DNA of 64,000 nucleotides from an uncultured Clostridia bacterium (GTDB lineage: Bacteria; Bacillota; Clostridia; Oscillospirales; QAKW01): the NCBI GenBank assembly GCA_937881855.1, contig CALGEL010000059.1:57032-121031 (forward strand), read 5' to 3'. The position numbers were made by a program, and so were the translations under genes. Every line of letters starts with the position of its first letter. Within the stretch, counting starts at the first letter, position 1. Below the pieces are notes generated by a model. It was not told the DNA's origin and ran no database searches. It worked only from the letters and a program-made list of their open reading frames with translations. Below are positions 37,883-46,433 of the stretch, piece by piece.

Positions 37883-38470
37883 ATGCTATTGAAGGTTTTG
37901 GATGAAAATAAAGTGAAAATTCTAATCGAAGATCAAGACATTGAATTCTATGACCTTCCGTTTGAAAAAATTAATTATGATGATCGCTATTCGCGCGCAT
38001 TTATTATGGAGTTGCTGCAAAGAACATATGAAGAGACAGGGGTTAATTTTTTTGAATGTAAAGTCATGGTCGAGGTCATCCCCGGAGTGTCTAATTCTTA
38101 TTATATTCTATTGTCTAAAATTGATGGGTCAGGTGATAAGCAAATTGAGTTTGATAAAGCGGAACCATCTGAAAGTGATGTCTATATTTTTTGCTTATCG
38201 TCGGCAGAAAAACTAATTCGCTTTTTAAAGCAAATTGATTTGTTTTATCCCACAAAAAATGAAGTTTATTATTATAATGGTTCATATTATATTCTTTTGA
38301 ATTTTACACCGCAAATAACATCAAAAAAAGAGTTTGGTTTGTTTTTGTGCAAGATGGAGGAATATGGAGAACGGTGTAAATTTAAAATCATTAATGAAGC
38401 GGTTTTGAAGGAATGGGGAGAGTTGGTGGCAGGACCCAATGCGTTGGAGTTGTTGATTTATGCTAAATAG
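37883..38470 (+). CDS. MecA-family adaptor protein (short clostridial type)
   Basis: The N-terminus MLLKVLDENKVKILIEDQDIEFYDLPFEKINYDD..SRAFIMELL and the C-terminus YYYNGSYYILLNF...MEEYGE parallel MecA NTD/CTD landmarks. Confidence 0.6.
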   Translation: MLLKVLDENKVKILIEDQDIEFYDLPFEKINYDDRYSRAFIMELLQRTYEETGVNFFECKVMVEVIPGVSNSYYILLSKIDGSGDKQIEFDKAEPSESDVYIFCLSSAEKLIRFLKQIDLFYPTKNEVYYYNGSYYILLNFTPQITSKKEFGLFLCKMEEYGERCKFKIINEAVLKEWGELVAGPNALELLIYAK

Positions 38471-38501
38471 GTGGAAAGTATTTTTACTTTCCACCTATTT
38501 T
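38467..38501 (+). terminator. rho-independent terminator
   Basis: The stem ataggtggaaagta pairs with actttccacctat and is followed by a T-run. Confidence 0.85.
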
Positions 38502-38564
38502 GTCTCTGTGAACCTTTTTTAATTCATTTCATAAGATAATTTGTGTTGATATATTTAAAGGGAG

Positions 38565-38759
38565 ATGATTTTTATCGAAATTCCTGTGAAAAGTGCGACC
38601 TACGCAATGAAAGGAAAACAACTTCTCCATCGCCATTCGATTCGCGCCTATGTCGGTAAACGAAGTGGTGAAGAAGGATGCTATTATTATTTGAATATAA
38701 ATGAAAAAAACAAGGAAACTGCCATTCAGATATTGCAGGAAAATCAAATATTAAATTAA
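38565..38759 (+). CDS. small protein, possibly DUF3343 (putative S/Se-carrier-like)
   Basis: The 64-aa ORF has the pattern SATYAMKGKQLL..SIRAYV....GC.YYLNI....ETAIQIL. It sits directly upstream of a class-V aminotransferase. The start codon is uncertain because the SD abuts the ATG. Confidence 0.4.
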   Translation: MIFIEIPVKSATYAMKGKQLLHRHSIRAYVGKRSGEEGCYYYLNINEKNKETAIQILQENQILN

Positions 38760-38776
38760 TTTAGAGGAGGGTGAGT

Positions 38777-39904
38777 ATGATATATTTTGATAATGCCGCC
38801 TCCACTCATCCAAAACCACAATCTGTCATTCGGGCGATGAGCGGATGGCTGCATAAAAATGCAGCAAATGCAGGGCGTAGTGGTCACAAAATGTCGATGG
38901 AAGCGGCTGAAATGGTTTATAATACGCGTGTTGCTGTCGGGGATTTTTTTGGTGTAAAAAAAGCGGAACATGTTATCCTTGTCCCGGGGGCGACATATGC
39001 TCTGAATACTGTCATTTTAGGATTACTGAAAAAAGGAGATCATGTTATTACTACGGATTTGGAACACAATAGTGTATTACGCCCACTTTGGCATTTAAAT
39101 AAAAAAAGTGTCGATGTGACGGTGGTTTCGGTGAGCTTTGATGACGATGAAAAAACAATAGAAAAGATTATGCGAAATATTAATAGTAGGACGAAGGCGA
39201 TTGTCTGCACTCAATCCTCCAATGTGTGTGGAAAAATATTACCGATAAAGCAAATTGCCGTTCGTAAACCAAGGAATGTTAGTTTGATTGTCGATGGTTC
39301 TCAAGGTGCCGGTACGCTTCCAATCAATATTGTTGAAGATAGAATTGATTATTATTGCGCCCCTTCGCATAAAGGGTTGATGGGTCCTCAAGGCGGCGGA
39401 ATTCTTTTACTAAACAATGTTGCTCCAAAACCACTTGTTTTGGGAGGTACGGGGACAGAAAGTACAAATCCAGAACAACCGCATGAATTGCCGGAATATT
39501 TAGAAAGCGGTACTTTATCGACGCCAATATGTGTCGGAATGAAGGCGGGGATTGAGTTTATTAATAGATTGGGGATCGAACAATCTTTGAAACATAAAAG
39601 GGCGCTGACGGAGTATGCCTATGATGAATTAAGGAAACTGGACAATTTAGAGCTTTATATGTATCCATATAAGGAGTCTTGTATCGGTGTTATTCCGTTC
39701 AACGTTCGCGGAATGGATTCGAACAAAGTTGTGGAATATTTAGACCGAAACAATATATGTGTACGCGGAGGAATTCATTGTTCGCCATTGTTCCATAAAA
39801 GGTTTGGGACAATCGAACGGGGGATGGTTCGAGTTAGTTTCGGTTGCTTTAATAACGACCGCGAAGTCAATGAGTTAGTAAGAGTGCTTAAAAAAATCAA
39901 TTAA
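38777..39904 (+). CDS. class-V aminotransferase-fold PLP enzyme (cysteine desulfurase family)
   Basis: IYFDNAASTHP, DGSQGAG, SHKGLMGPQGGG (PLP Lys), RGGIHCSP. The ATG at 38777 is 6 nt after GGAGG. Confidence 0.8.
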   Translation: MIYFDNAASTHPKPQSVIRAMSGWLHKNAANAGRSGHKMSMEAAEMVYNTRVAVGDFFGVKKAEHVILVPGATYALNTVILGLLKKGDHVITTDLEHNSVLRPLWHLNKKSVDVTVVSVSFDDDEKTIEKIMRNINSRTKAIVCTQSSNVCGKILPIKQIAVRKPRNVSLIVDGSQGAGTLPINIVEDRIDYYCAPSHKGLMGPQGGGILLLNNVAPKPLVLGGTGTESTNPEQPHELPEYLESGTLSTPICVGMKAGIEFINRLGIEQSLKHKRALTEYAYDELRKLDNLELYMYPYKESCIGVIPFNVRGMDSNKVVEYLDRNNICVRGGIHCSPLFHKRFGTIERGMVRVSFGCFNNDREVNELVRVLKKIN

Positions 39905-39978
39905 ATTAATAAAAAAGTATTTATTTTATTATTGAAATATGATATAATTTATAAAAATAAAGGATCTGGGGGTTTAAA

Positions 39979-40818
39979 ATGTTCGCAGACTTTTGGACTC
40001 ACATTCAAAATGTGTTTATTACCATTCAATTTAAAGATTGCATAGATATCCTGGTTGTTGCTTATTTGATTTACAGCGTTCTGCGCTTTATCAAACAAAC
40101 AAGGGCCGGGCATTTATTGCGTGGTCTGGCGTTTTTGCTGGTGCTGATTTTGTTGGCACGGGTTTTGAAGCTTAGCGCTGTGGGCTATTTGATGAACAAT
40201 GTTCTTCAGTTGAGCTTTATCACCATCATCATTGTATTTCAACCGGAGCTTCGTTCGTTGCTTGAAAAATTGGGAAGAATCAATTTCTCCAATGTATTGC
40301 CGTTCTCCAAGACCGGCAATACCGAACGTGACCGAATTGAACGCGGCATTGAACATGTCTGTGAATGTTGCGAAGATCTTTCCAACCGCCGCATCGGTGC
40401 TCTGATGGTTTTTGAAAATACGACGAAATTAGGCGATATTGCTGCGACGGGAACCTATCTTAATTGCAATCTTTCAGCGCAAATGCTGGTTACAATCTTT
40501 TTCCCCAAAACGCCGTTGCACGATGGCGCTGTTATGATCGAAGATTTTCGCATTGTCTCTGCCGGATGTTTGCTACCTTTGAGTCAACGATTAGAGATCA
40601 GTAAAGCATTGGGAACGCGGCATCGGGCGGCAGTTGGTTTGAGCGAGATTTCAGATGCTGTTATCGTTGTTGTTTCTGAAGAGACCGGTAAGATTTCATA
40701 CGCTCAAAATGGCGAAATTCACTTGGGTATCTCTGTCGATGAGCTGAGAAATGTGTTGGTGAATAATTTCCTCTCCGAGAAGAAGGGGCGTGCGAAAACG
40801 GAGGTGGATAAAAAATGA
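39979..40818 (+). CDS. cdaA: diadenylate cyclase
   Basis: Three N-terminal TM helices. DAC domain strings: TPLHDGAVMI, LGTRHRAAVGLSE, VVVVSEETGKIS. Confidence 0.93.
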   Translation: MFADFWTHIQNVFITIQFKDCIDILVVAYLIYSVLRFIKQTRAGHLLRGLAFLLVLILLARVLKLSAVGYLMNNVLQLSFITIIIVFQPELRSLLEKLGRINFSNVLPFSKTGNTERDRIERGIEHVCECCEDLSNRRIGALMVFENTTKLGDIAATGTYLNCNLSAQMLVTIFFPKTPLHDGAVMIEDFRIVSAGCLLPLSQRLEISKALGTRHRAAVGLSEISDAVIVVVSEETGKISYAQNGEIHLGISVDELRNVLVNNFLSEKKGRAKTEVDKK

Positions 40819-42080
40819 TGATGAAAATCAAGGGATTTTTAAAAGAATTCAGTTTGATTAATTTGTTCAAAAATAATTGGCAGATCAAATTGATTTCTAT
40901 TTTGCTCGCATTTGTTTTGTGGTTCGTTATTTGCGAATATGTAGATCCGGAGACAACGACATGGGCGTCGGATATTAATATTAGCGTCAACTATGAAGGT
41001 TCCGTTCCCCAAAAAGAAAATCTTGGTATTATGACCTTAGTTGATCAAAAAGTTGACGTTTGTGTCAGCGGGTCGCGGGATACCATTGCTTTGATGAATC
41101 GCCAGAAAATAACCGCCACATTGGATCTGAGTAACGTTACCAAAAGCGGAGAATATGACCTTCCGGTACTAATCGATCTTGGTAATCAGAACATTACCAA
41201 AGTAGAACAATCTATTGAAACGGTAAAGGTTCAATTTGATACGCTCAAAGTATCAAATATTAAGGTCAATGTTAAGGTTGAAGGTGATGTTCCCGAAGGA
41301 TTAATCAGAGAAGAACCTACAATTGACTCGGGCGATTATCTTGTCGTGACCGGTCCGACCGCTATCATTGATACAATCGTATCGGCTGAAGCTGAGATCA
41401 AACAAGAGAGTTTTAAACAAACCGGCACCTTTGAATGTGACTATGTTTTTGTCGATAAAGACGGTGCGGTTGTTGAAAAAACGTTCTTAATGATTGATAA
41501 CAATGTAAAAACATTGAAAGTTAAAGTGCCGATTATCAAGGAAAAGACCGTTCCGTTGACTGTTGAAATCATCAACACCAGCGGTGGATCGGATAATTCG
41601 TTCTGTACAGCAGTTGTTTCTCCGAAAGAAATAAAGATTTCCGGCAGTGCGGAAACATTGGATTCTTATAATGCAATATCGTTGGGCACCATTGATGTTG
41701 CCGAAAAAACAGAAGACTTTGAAACATCGATGACAGTTGTTTTGCCAAATGGAGTTAAGAATGTCGATGCTGTCGAAACAGCTCAGGTGGCGATTAAATT
41801 TAACGATATTCAGACGCGTTCTTTCGATGTGGATAAAATTGAACTCCGTAATGTTCCCAATGGTATAAAGGCCAAAGTATCGGAAAAGAAACTTTCGATT
41901 AAAGTGCGTGGCATTGCAGAGGACATTAATAAACTGAGCGCAAAGGATATAACGCTTGTTGTCGATTACGCGCAAGCAGATGCCGAAAAGGGAACGAAGC
42001 GGATGAATGCGATGGTTGTATTCCCCAAAGACCTTAAAGTTGGTGCGGTTGGAAAGTATCAACTGACGGTTGTTTCTTAA
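40815..42080 (+). CDS. cdaR: CdaA regulatory protein CdaR (YbbR repeats)
   Basis: ATGA overlap with cdaA, an N-terminal TM, and repeated beta-rich YbbR-like modules. Confidence 0.8.
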   Translation: MMMKIKGFLKEFSLINLFKNNWQIKLISILLAFVLWFVICEYVDPETTTWASDINISVNYEGSVPQKENLGIMTLVDQKVDVCVSGSRDTIALMNRQKITATLDLSNVTKSGEYDLPVLIDLGNQNITKVEQSIETVKVQFDTLKVSNIKVNVKVEGDVPEGLIREEPTIDSGDYLVVTGPTAIIDTIVSAEAEIKQESFKQTGTFECDYVFVDKDGAVVEKTFLMIDNNVKTLKVKVPIIKEKTVPLTVEIINTSGGSDNSFCTAVVSPKEIKISGSAETLDSYNAISLGTIDVAEKTEDFETSMTVVLPNGVKNVDAVETAQVAIKFNDIQTRSFDVDKIELRNVPNGIKAKVSEKKLSIKVRGIAEDINKLSAKDITLVVDYAQADAEKGTKRMNAMVVFPKDLKVGAVGKYQLTVVS

Positions 42081-42169
42081 AATAGATTCCGGCCTTTGCG
42101 ATTGGAGTGAAGGTCGGATTCCTTTATGGTAATGGAGAATATGCTATTTTTAGAAAGTGAGAACAAATA

Positions 42170-43468
42170 ATGAATTATATTAATGCTACAAACGAAGAAT
42201 TGCTGGCGGAGCTTGAAGGGCTTCGCAAGCAATATGCACGTTATATGGCGGATATTATCCGTTTGGATATGACGAGAGGAAAACCCAGCGCCGATCAACT
42301 CGAACTGAGCGAAAAGATGCTCGGCATTATTTCTTCCAATGAAGATTGCTTTGATGCGATGGGTCTGGATTGTAGAAACTATGGTTTGCTTGATGGTATT
42401 CCGGAAGCAAAGGCTTTATTTGCATCGATGATCGGCGTGCAGCCGGAGCAGGTGATTTTAGGCGGAAATTCAAGTCTTAATTTGATGTTTGACACATTTT
42501 GCAGAGCTTTTTGCTTTGGCAATGTTGATAGCGAGCGTCCTTGGAGTCAGGAACCCAAAGTGAAGTTTATTTGCCCTGCGCCCGGTTATGACCGCCACTT
42601 TTCGATTTGTCAGCAATTCAATATTCAGATGATTCCTGTCGCAATGAAAAATGACGGTCCGGATATGGATGCAATTGAAGCCTTGGTTGCAGAAGATGAG
42701 GCAATCAAAGGAATTTGGTGTGTGCCCAAATATTCTAATCCGACCGGTGTGGTTTTTTCTGATGAAGTTGTTCGTCGATTTGCCAATTTGAAACCCAAGG
42801 CAAAGGATTTTAGAATTTTTTGGGATAACGCTTACGCTATCCACGACTTATATGATGAAAGTCCGGAACTTTTGAACATTTTGGATGAATGTGAAAAAGC
42901 GGGTAGACCTAATATGGTGTATATTTTTAGTTCGACCTCTAAAATCACTTATCCGGGCAGCGGTGTTGCGATGATCGCATCCAGCAAAGTAAATATTGAG
43001 TACATGAAAAAGCAGATTAGTGTCCAAACGATCGGTCCGGATAAATTAAATCAATTGCGGCATGTACGAATGTTTCCGAATAAGGCTGCGCTTTTGAACC
43101 AAATGCGAAAGCATGCGGATGTAATGCGCCCCAAATTTGATGCCGTCTTGGAAATTTTGGAACGTGATCTTGCAGGAAAGGGCATTGCCGAATGGAGTAA
43201 GCCTCGCGGCGGTTATTTTGTAAACTTTGATTCAATGCCCGGGTGTGCAAATCGCATTTATCATCTTTGCGATGAAGCCGGCGTTTCGCTGACAAAGGTC
43301 GGCGCTACTTTTCCATATGGTAATGATCCTGAGGATACGAATATTCGTTTGGCGCCGTCTTATCCTCCCATTGACGAGTTGATTGTTGCGATGGAACGAT
43401 TTACTGTATGTGTGCGAATTGCAAGTATCGAAAAGATTTTGGCGGATCGTGGGGCTTCTGTCTGCTAA
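42170..43468 (+). CDS. class I/II aminotransferase-fold PLP enzyme
   Basis: The 432-aa ORF has LDMTRGKPS near the N-terminus, SSTSKITYPGSG (PLP Lys region) and IRLAPSYP. Confidence 0.6.
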   Translation: MNYINATNEELLAELEGLRKQYARYMADIIRLDMTRGKPSADQLELSEKMLGIISSNEDCFDAMGLDCRNYGLLDGIPEAKALFASMIGVQPEQVILGGNSSLNLMFDTFCRAFCFGNVDSERPWSQEPKVKFICPAPGYDRHFSICQQFNIQMIPVAMKNDGPDMDAIEALVAEDEAIKGIWCVPKYSNPTGVVFSDEVVRRFANLKPKAKDFRIFWDNAYAIHDLYDESPELLNILDECEKAGRPNMVYIFSSTSKITYPGSGVAMIASSKVNIEYMKKQISVQTIGPDKLNQLRHVRMFPNKAALLNQMRKHADVMRPKFDAVLEILERDLAGKGIAEWSKPRGGYFVNFDSMPGCANRIYHLCDEAGVSLTKVGATFPYGNDPEDTNIRLAPSYPPIDELIVAMERFTVCVRIASIEKILADRGASVC

Positions 43469-43484
43469 TTAAAGGAGAATAATT

Positions 43485-44270
43485 ATGGATGTTGGAATGT
43501 CGTTGGCTTGCTACTATCCATTAGAACCCGAAAAAGCCGCATTAGAAGCTGCAAAGTTAAATGTTCGGGTTTGTGAAGTTTTTTTAAATACAATTAGTGA
43601 GCTGGAGGTTCCATATCTCTATTCATTGCGTGAAATATGCGATCGCCATAATATCAAAGTTCATTCCATTCATCCGTTTACAAGCTTTTTGGAAAACTAT
43701 ATGTTTTTTGCCCCATATCCGCGTAGAATTGCAGACGCAGAACAACTTTATGAAAGATATGCAGATGCCGCAAAGATTCTTGGGGCAACGGTTGTGAACA
43801 TCCACGGCGATCGGGGTGTTGGTTTAAATGACATCGATCACTATGTGAAATGCGTTGAACCTTTAATGCGCTTGCAACAAAAAACAGGTGTAACTTATGC
43901 GCTGGAAAATGTATACTTTAATAGCGTCAACAATCCTGAATTTATTGCAAGATTGAGGCAAAGGGTTCCCGATGCAAGGTTTACCTTGGACATCAAGCAA
44001 GCATTCAAAGGCGGGGAAGACGCTTATTTAGTCGCGGAGGCGATGGGGGATGCTATCGTCAATTTTCATGTCAATGATCGTGATGATGACCATATTTGCC
44101 TATTGCCCGGAGATGGAACGGTGGATTATGACCGAATTTTGAAGATATTAAGTTCCAACCATTATAATGGGCCGGCGTTATTGGAGGTGTATCGGTATAA
44201 CTTCCAAAATAATGCCGATATTCGGCGATCTCTGGATCATTTGCAAACAAAATTTTCTCTTGCAAAATAA
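43485..44270 (+). CDS. sugar phosphate isomerase/epimerase (xylose-isomerase-like TIM barrel)
   Basis: The 261-aa ORF has VVNIHGD, ALENV, FHVNDRD and LLPGDGTVDY. Confidence 0.6.
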   Translation: MDVGMSLACYYPLEPEKAALEAAKLNVRVCEVFLNTISELEVPYLYSLREICDRHNIKVHSIHPFTSFLENYMFFAPYPRRIADAEQLYERYADAAKILGATVVNIHGDRGVGLNDIDHYVKCVEPLMRLQQKTGVTYALENVYFNSVNNPEFIARLRQRVPDARFTLDIKQAFKGGEDAYLVAEAMGDAIVNFHVNDRDDDHICLLPGDGTVDYDRILKILSSNHYNGPALLEVYRYNFQNNADIRRSLDHLQTKFSLAK

Positions 44271-44325
44271 TAGATTATAGTTTATAATCTAATTTAATAT
44301 GTTTAATGAAAGGTGGTTTTCCTCG

Positions 44326-44781
44326 ATGAAATGTCCTTTTTGCGGCAAACCTGATAGTAAGGTCATCGACTCTCGTCCCACCGACGATGAAGAAAAGATC
44401 CGCCGTCGTCGTGAATGTATCAGTTGCTCCAAACGGTTCACAACCTTTGAAGCGATTGAAACAATCCCTTTGGTTGTAATCAAGAAAGATAAAACCCGCG
44501 AACCTTTTTCAAAAGATAAGATTATGAAGGGTCTGCTTCGTGCTTGTGAGAAGCGGCCGGTCAGCGTTGCTGAGATGGAAAAAATTGTTTCGGATGTTGA
44601 ATCGGTTCTTTATAATTCGATGGAAAAGGAAATTACAACCCAATATATTGGTGAATTGGTGATGGAATCGCTGAGAGCATTGGATGAAGTTTCCTATGTT
44701 CGATATGCATCTGTTCACCGTCAGTTTAAAGATATTAATTCCTTCTACGAAGAAGTTATGAAGTTGTTAAAGAAAGGATAA
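44326..44781 (+). CDS. nrdR: transcriptional repressor NrdR
   Basis: MKCPFCG...VIDSR...[17 protein letters not shown] (Zn ribbon) plus an ATP-cone. The ORF-track start 44299 is rejected. Confidence 0.93.
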   Translation: MKCPFCGKPDSKVIDSRPTDDEEKIRRRRECISCSKRFTTFEAIETIPLVVIKKDKTREPFSKDKIMKGLLRACEKRPVSVAEMEKIVSDVESVLYNSMEKEITTQYIGELVMESLRALDEVSYVRYASVHRQFKDINSFYEEVMKLLKKG

Positions 44782-44788
44782 TTCATTT

Positions 44789-45325
44789 ATGAAGCAGTGT
44801 ACCCCGATTGTTTTGGAAGAATATGATGGTGAATTATTCTTTTCAATAATAAACCATGAGCTTCTTGGTGATGCTTGCGTTATGACGCTTGGCGCAAAGG
44901 ATGGGGAAGAGCTTGTTGGCTTTAAGATCTCTGTACCTTTGGTAACCAGACGCTTTATGTTTAAGGCGATGCAGTTCATTGTTCCTTCGGGAACTGTTCA
45001 GATTTCGTCGATCGGTGAAAAAAGCGATCGACTGATCAAAACCTTGACGAAATACTTCAATCCGTCTTATGAACCTTCTGACGGGTTTACAGACGAAGTT
45101 GTTGAAGTGGACTACAAACTTCGCAATCAAGGCGGATACGATCTGAATCAAGATAAAATCTATTTAAAATTTTATTATGATGAAGAGCAAGATGCAGATC
45201 TTCCTAAAAACGAGCGTGTTCATCTGAATATGAATTTTACATTTAATCTTTCTCGTGAGTCTGCAAGTTTGATCGAAACAGAAGAAGGATATTCTGCCGA
45301 TTTGATTGCTTTCTTAATGAAATAA
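44789..45325 (+). CDS. hypothetical cytoplasmic protein, no recognisable motif
   Basis: The 178-aa ORF starts 7 nt after the nrdR stop. Composition is non-repetitive with no TM or signal peptide. Confidence 0.5.
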   Translation: MKQCTPIVLEEYDGELFFSIINHELLGDACVMTLGAKDGEELVGFKISVPLVTRRFMFKAMQFIVPSGTVQISSIGEKSDRLIKTLTKYFNPSYEPSDGFTDEVVEVDYKLRNQGGYDLNQDKIYLKFYYDEEQDADLPKNERVHLNMNFTFNLSRESASLIETEEGYSADLIAFLMK

Positions 45326-45356
45326 TCATCACCGCTGCATTGGCAGCGGTTGATAT

Positions 45357-45432
<76 letters not shown>

Positions 45433-45435
45433 AAC

Positions 45436-45469
45436 AAAAAATCCGTTCTCGAAAGAGAACGGATTTTTT
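45436..45469. terminator. bidirectional terminator (tRNA-Thr / LicD operon)
   Basis: The stem aaaaaatccgttctc pairs with gagaacggatttttt across a gaaa loop. Confidence 0.85.
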
Positions 45470-45472
45470 GTG

Positions 45473-46408
45473 TTAATCGATGATGTTATTTTCTTGATTT
45501 TCGTCTAATGCAATTTGATTTTGTTCTTCAATATCCTTTTTTTGAATGTAATACAGGAGTTCTTCTTTGAGCGCCCCATCGTATTTTGTAATATCGATTT
45601 TAATGTTTAATTTATGCGCTGTTCTTTGTTTTTCGGGTGGGAGCTCTAAGTAATCATTAAACTGTCCGGTCAAATAATGATTATAATCGGGCATGGCAGG
45701 GAACATTTTTCCTCTGAGTTCCACTTCGACTGATTGAGCAAAGGTTTCTTTGCTCATTGTTCCTTTTATTATAGCCTGCGCAACAATTTCACCCACTTCA
45801 TGGGCATTTTCTGCGCCGCGATATTTCTGCGCGGTTTTAGTGATTTTTTTACAGACTTTATTATTTAAGCCCAACCAACGAGCAATAATGCCAATCGGTG
45901 TTTTTTTGAGTTTTATTAAAAGGGTCTTTCCGCTCCAAGGGGGGAGATTAAAAAGAAGTCGCCACTTTCTTAACCTAAACATTTCTTTTTGGAAGTGTTC
46001 TCTCTTGACTAAATCGTCCGGAACTTCGTCGACAGGCAGAATATCAATCCATAGATTGCGCATCGTTAAGGATTGTTTGCTTGTAGTGTATGTGCGGGTA
46101 TCAATCATACGAGAGAAGGCTTGACCATCAAGGCCGTGATCAATACTAATGATTTTATAATAGGGATTGCAGAAGGATTTTCCTGCATATTTTTCTAAGA
46201 AAGATTCATAATCATCGCGCAGCATAAATAAATCGATGTCATCATCCCAAGGAATTAAATCCTTATGACGAATAGCGCCCAATAGGGTACCACCGGCCAA
46301 TGAATAGGCATAACCTTCCTTTTTGCAAAGTTTATCGAATTCACACAGCATATCAAAGGTAATAGCCTGGGAACATTGAATTCGATTAAGTTCTATAAAT
46401 GCGTGCAT
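45473..46408 (-). CDS. LicD-family phosphotransferase (copy 1)
   Basis: YSLAGGTLLGAIRHKDLIPWDDDIDLFM. Confidence 0.85.
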   Translation of the reverse strand: MHAFIELNRIQCSQAITFDMLCEFDKLCKKEGYAYSLAGGTLLGAIRHKDLIPWDDDIDLFMLRDDYESFLEKYAGKSFCNPYYKIISIDHGLDGQAFSRMIDTRTYTTSKQSLTMRNLWIDILPVDEVPDDLVKREHFQKEMFRLRKWRLLFNLPPWSGKTLLIKLKKTPIGIIARWLGLNNKVCKKITKTAQKYRGAENAHEVGEIVAQAIIKGTMSKETFAQSVEVELRGKMFPAMPDYNHYLTGQFNDYLELPPEKQRTAHKLNIKIDITKYDGALKEELLYYIQKKDIEEQNQIALDENQENNIID

Positions 46409-46433
46409 TTTTTACTTTTCCCCTTTAATTAAA

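Noticed and set aside
44271-44291. A perfect 9-bp inverted repeat TAGATTATA-gtt-TATAATCTA between the TIM-barrel gene and nrdR, considered as an operator or NrdR box.
   Set aside because: It does not resemble the NrdR-box consensus (acaCwAtATaTwGtgt). It is entirely A/T apart from one G/C position per arm, and a 9-bp AT-rich palindrome is expected by chance a few times in 64 kb. It may simply be a weak hairpin plus a -10 box.
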